A stretch of DNA of 64,000 nt from Bacteroidales bacterium (GTDB lineage Bacteria; Bacteroidota; Bacteroidia; Bacteroidales; UBA932): the NCBI GenBank assembly GCA_017549145.1, contig JAFYVM010000034.1:3220-67219 (forward strand), written 5' to 3'. A model generated the notes under the pieces. It searched no databases. It worked only from the letters and a program-made list of their open reading frames with translations, and had not been told where the DNA came from. The position numbers and the translations under genes were made by a program. Positions 58,085 to 64,000 of this stretch are shown piece after piece; within the stretch, counting starts at the first letter, position 1; every line of letters starts with the position of its first letter.

Positions 58085-61000
58085 ATGAGAAGTTATTTTA
58101 CCATCCTTTTAACCCTTGTTTTATCATTTACAGCCCTTGCTGAGGAAGCAAAATGGCTCAGATATCCTTCTATTTCTCCAGATGGAAAAGAAGTGGCATT
58201 TTCATATAAGGGTGATATTTATGTAGTGTCTTCTGAAGGAGGACAGGCTAGACAGATTACATCTAATAAAGCTTATGATTATTCTCCAATCTGGGCTCCT
58301 GATGGCAAGACTATAGCTTTTGCTTCTGACAGATATGGAAACTTTGATATCTATACAGTGTCCGTTAAGGGTGGTGCACCTAAGAGAGTGACTACGCATT
58401 CTGCTAAAGATACTCCTTGGACATTTACCCCTGATGGTAAGAATATTCTATTTACTTCTTTAATTCAGGATCCGGCTACTAGTGCTTTATTTCCAAAAGG
58501 TTCAATGACAGAACTTTATTCTATTCCTGTTGAGGGTGGAAGACCAGTTCAACTTCTTGCAACACCTGCTGAAGAAGTATCATTTATCGGAAATGGTAAT
58601 GATTTTATTTATCAGGACTGCAAGGGTGGTGAGAATATCTGGCGTAAGCATCATACATCTTCAATTACAAGAGATTTGTGGAAATACCAAGGTGGAAAGC
58701 ATGTAAAACTTACTGATTTTAATGGTGAGGATCGTTCTCCTAGAGTAGCTGCAGATGGAAATACTGTTTATTTCCTTAGTGAAAGAGAGGGTAGTTTTAA
58801 TGTATATTCTTTCCTATTGAATAATCCTGGTTCTGTAACAAAGGTTACTAATCATAAAACTCACCCTGTAAGATTCCTTTCATTATCTAAGAATGGTGTT
58901 TTGTGTTATGGTTATGATGGTGATATTTACGTAAAGGATGGTAATAATTCTAAGAAACTATCTGTTACAGTAGAGTCAGATTTTTCTGATAATGGTTTAG
59001 CTAAGATAGATGTCAGAGGTGGATCTGATAATGCTGTATCGGCTGATGGAAAGCAGATTGCCTTTATAAATAGGGGAGAGGTCTTTGTTGTTTCCACTGA
59101 ATATAAGACTGTAAAGAGAATTACTGAAACTCCTGAGGCTGAGGCTGATGTTGTATTTTCTCCAGACGGTAAGAAATTGGCTTATGCTTCTGAAAGAGAA
59201 GGAATCTGGAATATTTATACAGCAGAATTTACACGTAAGGAAGATATAAACTTCCCTAATGCAACGTCAATTGTAGAGAAACCTCTTTTCAAGAATAATA
59301 AGGTTGACCGTCGTGCACCCTCATTTTCGCCTGATGGAAAAGAATTGGCTTATATAGAGGGTAGAGATAAGTTGATGGTAATGAATATTGAGTCTGGTAA
59401 GACCAGACAGATTACAGACGGAAGTAATTGTTTTTCAACAGGTGGAGTATTTGATTACAGTTGGTCACCTGATGGAAAGTGGTTTACTTTAAGTTATTGT
59501 GCTAGAAATCATTATCCATATAATGATATAGGAATTGTAAGTGCAAAGGGTAGTGAGGATATTATTAACCTAACGGAAAGTGGTTACACAGATCACTCTC
59601 CTCAGTGGGTACTTGATGGTAATGCTATTCTGTTTAAGTCAGAACGTTATGGAATGAGAAATCATGCTTCATGGGGAACTCTTGAGGATGCTATGATTGT
59701 GTTCCTTAACAGAAAGGCCTTTGAGGATTTTAATATGAGTGAAGAGGAGTTGGAGTTGATGAAGGCTATTGAAAAGCTTGATTCAGAGGCTAAATCTGAG
59801 GATAAAAAAGAGGAAAAAGATAAGAAAAAGAAGATTGAGGATATAGTTGTTGAGTTGGATAATATTGAGGATAGAATAGTAAGACTCACACCTTCTTCTT
59901 CTAATCTTGGAAGCCTTGCTCTCAGTAAGGATGGAAAGCACTTGTATTATCAGGCTTCTTATGAGAGTGGAATGACATTGTGGAAGTATGATATTAAGAA
60001 GGGTACACCATCTAAGATCAGCTCTGCAAGAGGTGCAATGAAATGGAATTCAAAGCAGGATGTACTCTATATTCTTGGAAGTAGTTTCTCAAAACTTAAG
60101 AAGGATTCTAAGTCCATTGAGCCTATTTCAGTAAGTGCTGAGATGCTTATTGATCTTGCTGCTGAAAGAGAATATATGTTTAACCATGTGTACAGACAGG
60201 AGAAGGAGCGCTTCTATAATAAGGGTATGCACGGTGTTGATTGGGAGAGTTTGACTAAGGATTATAGAAAGTTCCTCCCTTATATCAATAATAATTATGA
60301 TTTTTCAGAGCTTTTAAGCGAATATCTCGGCGAATTGAATGTATCCCATACCGGAAGTGGTTATAGGGCTTTACAGGGCTTTGATAGGGTAATTACGGCC
60401 AATTTAGGAGTGTTCTTTGACCTTACTTGGGAAGGTGATGGCTTAAAAGTGGCTGAAATAGTCGATATGGGACCATTTGACAAGTCTTCTTCTAAACTTG
60501 AGGCAGGTGATATCATTACAGCTATTAACGGTGTCAAGATATTGAAGAATGAGGATTATTTCCCATTACTTGACCGTAAGGCTGGCAAGAGAACTTTGGT
60601 TTCTATAAAGAAGGCCTCAGGGGAGGAAGTTGAAATGGTTACTGTTCCTATTAGTCAGTCTAAATTCAATGAGCTTCTTTATAAGAGATGGGTTAAGAAT
60701 AACGCTGCCAAGGTTACTGAACTTTCTGGTGGAAGACTTGGTTATGTTCATATCGAAGGTATGAACGATAAGAGTTTCCGTACTGTTTATTCTGATATTT
60801 TAGGACGTTATAACCATTGTGAGGGTATCGTGATTGATACTAGATTTAACGGTGGTGGACGCCTCCATGAGGATATTGAGGTATTATTCAGCGGTCAAAA
60901 GTATCTGACCCAGGAAATCAGAGGTAAGGATGCTTGTGATATGCCTAGCCGCAGATATAACAAGCCTTCAATCATGTTGATGGGAGAGGCAAATTACTCT

Positions 61001-61291
61001 AATGCTCATGGTACTCCTTGGGTATATAAATACAAGAATATGGGTTTTCTTGTAGGAAAACCAGTGCCGGGTACAATGACTTCTGTAAGTTGGGAGACTC
61101 TTCAGGATCCTACACTTTATTTCGGAATTCCTGTTGTCGGTTATCGCAAGGCAGACGGAGGATATCTTGAGAATGATCAGTTGAATCCTGATATCGACGT
61201 AGAAAACACTAAGGAACTTGTAGTTACAGGTCGTGATGAGCAGCTCGAAGCAGCAGTTAAAGCCCTTTTGAAACAGCTTGATATCAAATAA
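58085..61291 (+). CDS. Tricorn-like S41 protease (PD40 propellers, PDZ domain)
   Basis: Signal peptide, many SPDG repeats, GELNVSH, PDZ domain, DTRFNGGG, YSNAH. Promoter TATATTTG at 58050-58057. Confidence 0.93.
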   Translation: MRSYFTILLTLVLSFTALAEEAKWLRYPSISPDGKEVAFSYKGDIYVVSSEGGQARQITSNKAYDYSPIWAPDGKTIAFASDRYGNFDIYTVSVKGGAPKRVTTHSAKDTPWTFTPDGKNILFTSLIQDPATSALFPKGSMTELYSIPVEGGRPVQLLATPAEEVSFIGNGNDFIYQDCKGGENIWRKHHTSSITRDLWKYQGGKHVKLTDFNGEDRSPRVAADGNTVYFLSEREGSFNVYSFLLNNPGSVTKVTNHKTHPVRFLSLSKNGVLCYGYDGDIYVKDGNNSKKLSVTVESDFSDNGLAKIDVRGGSDNAVSADGKQIAFINRGEVFVVSTEYKTVKRITETPEAEADVVFSPDGKKLAYASEREGIWNIYTAEFTRKEDINFPNATSIVEKPLFKNNKVDRRAPSFSPDGKELAYIEGRDKLMVMNIESGKTRQITDGSNCFSTGGVFDYSWSPDGKWFTLSYCARNHYPYNDIGIVSAKGSEDIINLTESGYTDHSPQWVLDGNAILFKSERYGMRNHASWGTLEDAMIVFLNRKAFEDFNMSEEELELMKAIEKLDSEAKSEDKKEEKDKKKKIEDIVVELDNIEDRIVRLTPSSSNLGSLALSKDGKHLYYQASYESGMTLWKYDIKKGTPSKISSARGAMKWNSKQDVLYILGSSFSKLKKDSKSIEPISVSAEMLIDLAAEREYMFNHVYRQEKERFYNKGMHGVDWESLTKDYRKFLPYINNNYDFSELLSEYLGELNVSHTGSGYRALQGFDRVITANLGVFFDLTWEGDGLKVAEIVDMGPFDKSSSKLEAGDIITAINGVKILKNEDYFPLLDRKAGKRTLVSIKKASGEEVEMVTVPISQSKFNELLYKRWVKNNAAKVTELSGGRLGYVHIEGMNDKSFRTVYSDILGRYNHCEGIVIDTRFNGGGRLHEDIEVLFSGQKYLTQEIRGKDACDMPSRRYNKPSIMLMGEANYSNAHGTPWVYKYKNMGFLVGKPVPGTMTSVSWETLQDPTLYFGIPVVGYRKADGGYLENDQLNPDIDVENTKELVVTGRDEQLEAAVKALLKQLDIK

Positions 61292-61304
61292 TTAACTTCT
61301 TTTA

Positions 61305-61416
61305 TACAGTAATACCTTAGTTTTAAAAACCGTGACCGCCCGTGGTCCCGTGAATGGGAGGGGCCCACTCCCAAGAGTGGGAGGGATTTAGTTTTTAAAA
61401 CTAAGGTATTACTGTA
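61305..61416. mobile_element. MITE-like element with perfect terminal inverted repeats
   Basis: TACAGTAATACCTTAGTTTTAAAAAC ... GTTTTTAAAACTAAGGTATTACTGTA (26 bp, perfect) around a 60-bp GC-rich multi-hairpin core. Confidence 0.65.
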
Positions 61417-61433
61417 ATATATTGTGGTTTATA

Positions 61434-62624
61434 TTACCAGAGGAAATTATCGAATGGATAACGTCCGGCGTGGATTTCTGCAACCATTTTATAGAGGTCT
61501 CCACGAAGTTTATCGATACCTATCTTTTCTCGAGCAGAAATGAATATACAAGGAGTATTTTCTTTTGCTATCCAGCTGTTCTTAAACTCATCAAGAGTGT
61601 AATTTTCCTGTCTTTTAGGCTCTAAAGAAAACTCATCATACTCTTCATATCTATAAGCATCAATCTTATTGAATACGACGAAAATAGGCTTATCTATTGC
61701 CTTGATATCCTTAAGAGTTTCCTCTACTACTCGAATATGATCTTCAAAATTAGGATGTGAAATATCCACTACATGCATGAGGATATCAGCCTCACGTACC
61801 TCATCAAGTGTACTCTTGAATGCCTCTACAAGCTGATGAGGAAGTTTACGGATAAATCCTACTGTATCACTAAGCAGGAATGGTACATTCTCAATAACTA
61901 CTTTTCTAACTGTAGTATCAAGTGTGGCAAATAGCTTATTTTCCGCAAAAACGTCGCTTTTAGCCAATAAATTCATCAAGGTACTCTTTCCTACGTTTGT
62001 ATATCCTACAAGTGAAATACGGACCAAAGAACCTCTGTTTCCGCGCTGTGAGGCCATCTGTCTGTCAACCTTCTTCAGCTGTTCCTTCAATTTTGAAATC
62101 TTATCCTGAATAATTCGACGGTCAGTTTCAATCTGAGTCTCACCAGGACCGCGCATACCGATACCTCCTTTCTGTCTCTCCAAGTGTGTCCACATTCTTG
62201 TAAGTCTTGGAAGAAGGTATTGATACTGAGCAAGTTCTACCTGCATTTTAGCGTATGCAGTTTTTGCTCTCTGAGCGAAAATATCAAGGATAAGATTAGT
62301 TCTGTCCAGGATACGAATATTGAGTTCACGCTCGATATTACGGAGCTGGGTAGGGGAGAGTTCGTCATCAAAGATTACAACTTCAATTTCATTCTCCTCA
62401 CAATACTCCCTGATTTCCTGAAGTTTACCACTTCTGATATATGTTCTTGAATCAGGTCTATCTACCCTCTGAATAAACTTTTTTACACCTACAGCTCCTG
62501 CTGTCTCAGCAAGAAACTCTAGTTCATCAAGGTATTCATTAATCTGGCGCTCATCATCGCCCTGCTTGATAACACCTACGAATACGGCTTTTTCTTGATG
62601 TTGTTCTACTGTAATTTTGGCCAT
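61434..62624 (-). CDS. hflX: GTPase HflX
   Basis: LILDIF..RA, RGPGETQIETDRR, GYTNVGKST, LFATLD, DTVGFI, NKID; start MAKITV. Confidence 0.97.
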   Translation of the reverse strand: MAKITVEQHQEKAVFVGVIKQGDDERQINEYLDELEFLAETAGAVGVKKFIQRVDRPDSRTYIRSGKLQEIREYCEENEIEVVIFDDELSPTQLRNIERELNIRILDRTNLILDIFAQRAKTAYAKMQVELAQYQYLLPRLTRMWTHLERQKGGIGMRGPGETQIETDRRIIQDKISKLKEQLKKVDRQMASQRGNRGSLVRISLVGYTNVGKSTLMNLLAKSDVFAENKLFATLDTTVRKVVIENVPFLLSDTVGFIRKLPHQLVEAFKSTLDEVREADILMHVVDISHPNFEDHIRVVEETLKDIKAIDKPIFVVFNKIDAYRYEEYDEFSLEPKRQENYTLDEFKNSWIAKENTPCIFISAREKIGIDKLRGDLYKMVAEIHAGRYPFDNFLW

Positions 62625-62638
62625 AATTTTCGAATAAA

Positions 62639-62670
62639 TAAGGCCGATCAAAATCCTTTGGTCGGCCTTA
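62639..62670 (-). terminator. Hairpin or terminator between tonB and hflX
   Basis: TAAGGCCGATCAAA-N4-TTTGGTCGGCCTTA. Confidence 0.6.
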
Positions 62671-62692
62671 CAAATATTTGACTCTTAAATAA

Positions 62693-63379
62693 TTATCTCA
62701 ACTGGAAGATAACAGGGAATGTGTAAGTTACAGGAACTGCACGGTCTCTCTGCTTACCTGGCTTCCACTTTGGAGACATAGAAACTACGCGAACAGCCTC
62801 TTTGTCAAGTGATGGGTCAACACCACGAAGAACCTTTACCTTAGTAACGCGACCATCCTTCTCAACTGTAAACTGAAGAGTTACACGACCCTGTACACCA
62901 TTTTCCTTAGCAATTTCAGGATATACAAGTCTCTCGTTCACCCACTTAGAGAACATGTTAGCGTCTCCTCCGTTGAATGAAGGCTTCTCCTCTACGAGCT
63001 GGAATGGAATAGCTTCCTCTTCCACAACCTCCTCAACAACTTCTACGTAGTCCTGAATCTCAACACCAAGACTTGCATCGTCCTCGAGGTTGATGATATT
63101 GTTCTCAAGCTCGATGTTGTCATCAACGATGTCGATCTGGTCAGAAAGAATAGGAATCTTAACCTCAGCTGGTGGAGGTGGAGGAGTCTCCTGAGTAATT
63201 GGGATAATCTCTTCCTCAGCTTCAATCTCAGTTGTATCCTCAAGATTTGAAACGCTGATTTCTTCCTGCTTCCACTCGAATGCAACAAATGTAACCAAGA
63301 GTGAGATAACGAGTCCGATCTCCAAGAAAAGAAGTTTCTTGTTCTCAAGACTGGCTTTTTCTGTCTTTTTGATTTCCAT
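62693..63379 (-). CDS. tonB: Energy transducer TonB
   Basis: MEIKK..KA.LE plus TM anchor, PPPPP, YPEIA.ENGVQGRV, LDKEAVRVV, WKPGKQR. Confidence 0.92.
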   Translation of the reverse strand: MEIKKTEKASLENKKLLFLEIGLVISLLVTFVAFEWKQEEISVSNLEDTTEIEAEEEIIPITQETPPPPPAEVKIPILSDQIDIVDDNIELENNIINLEDDASLGVEIQDYVEVVEEVVEEEAIPFQLVEEKPSFNGGDANMFSKWVNERLVYPEIAKENGVQGRVTLQFTVEKDGRVTKVKVLRGVDPSLDKEAVRVVSMSPKWKPGKQRDRAVPVTYTFPVIFQLR

Positions 63380-63488
63380 ATCTATTTAATTTTTTCTAGT
63401 CTGGTATTTTGCCCGGTAAAGGTAGAAATAATAATTTTTATTTCAAACTTTTTATACATTTTGTAGCTTTGCAGAAAATTAAGATTTT

Positions 63489-63908
63489 ATGATTTCTTAC
63501 TATTTCGAAGATACAGACTTTGTTTTTAAGGGTAAAACACTTAATAATCGTTGGTTGCGCCTTGTTGCTGAGAGCGAAATCAGACGTATTGGAGATATCT
63601 CAATAATTTTCTGTTCTGATAATTATATTCTCGACGTTAATCAGAAATATCTTCAACATGATTACTTCACTGATATTATAACTTTCGATTACTGCGAGGG
63701 AGACAAACTCTCTGGTGATCTTTTTATCAGTGTTGATACAGTAAGAGATAATGCGATTGAGTATGGAAGTGAATTCAAGGAGGAACTCAATCGAGTAATG
63801 GTACATGGTCTTCTTCATCTTATCGGTTATGATGATCATACCGATGAGGATGTTGCCGAGATGAGAAGTAAGGAAAATTATTATCTTTCATTGAGAGAGC
63901 TCTTATAA
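63489..63908 (+). CDS. ybeY: rRNA maturation RNase YbeY
   Basis: [24 protein letters not shown]. Promoter TAGCTTTG at 63464-63471. Confidence 0.96.
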   Translation: MISYYFEDTDFVFKGKTLNNRWLRLVAESEIRRIGDISIIFCSDNYILDVNQKYLQHDYFTDIITFDYCEGDKLSGDLFISVDTVRDNAIEYGSEFKEELNRVMVHGLLHLIGYDDHTDEDVAEMRSKENYYLSLRELL

Positions 63909-63909
63909 T

Positions 63910-64000
63910 ATGCAGGGTAAGTACGATGTTATTGTTGTAGGTGGTGGTCATGCTGGATGTGAGGCGGCAATGGCGGCTTCAAGAATGGGTTCTTCTGTGC
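63910..64000 (+). CDS. mnmG: tRNA uridine-5-carboxymethylaminomethyl modification enzyme MnmG (GidA), 5' part
   Basis: [27 protein letters not shown]; truncated by the window end. Confidence 0.9.
   Translation, partial: MQGKYDVIVVGGGHAGCEAAMAASRMGSSV

Noticed and set aside
61305-61416. Retron msr-msd or other RT-associated RNA
   Set aside because: No reverse transcriptase nearby; TA-CAGT ends fit a MITE better.

Overview
Mostly housekeeping chromosomal DNA from a Bacteroidales bacterium. The assignment rests on TAnnTTTG promoters, EF-G2, an S46 peptidase and the coaX-lptC-ppiD cluster. The window holds about 48 CDS (mutS2, pheS, fusA2, rnhB, tnaA, mutS, folA/thyA, galM, galK, ychF, mfd, ruvB, frdAB, tricorn protease, hflX, ybeY, start of mnmG) and tRNA-Gly(GCC). 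I saw no CRISPR array, integrase or transposase. Main points: (1) a probable replication origin between divergent mfd and ruvB, with 8 clustered DnaA-box-like 9-mers and a switch in strand bias; (2) an AT-rich island at about 37.1-40.7 kb encoding a membrane-spanning TPR-HTH regulator, a long operator-like dyad, a DUF3244-like protein, a lipoprotein with a bacteriocin-like glycine-zipper segment and a small membrane protein, a candidate sensor/toxin/immunity module; (3) an orphan C4/CI-like structured RNA with its own promoter at the island edge; (4) a 'CHPERSEGS' palindromic repeat found both between genes and in frame inside mutS and a YfhO-like gene; (5) a TCC-N19-GGA repeat pair with a 51-bp period at two loci; (6) a TA-flanked MITE; (7) a small XRE plus mini-HTH divergent gene pair upstream of EF-G2. 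All calls come from reading the sequence by eye; no database searches were run.
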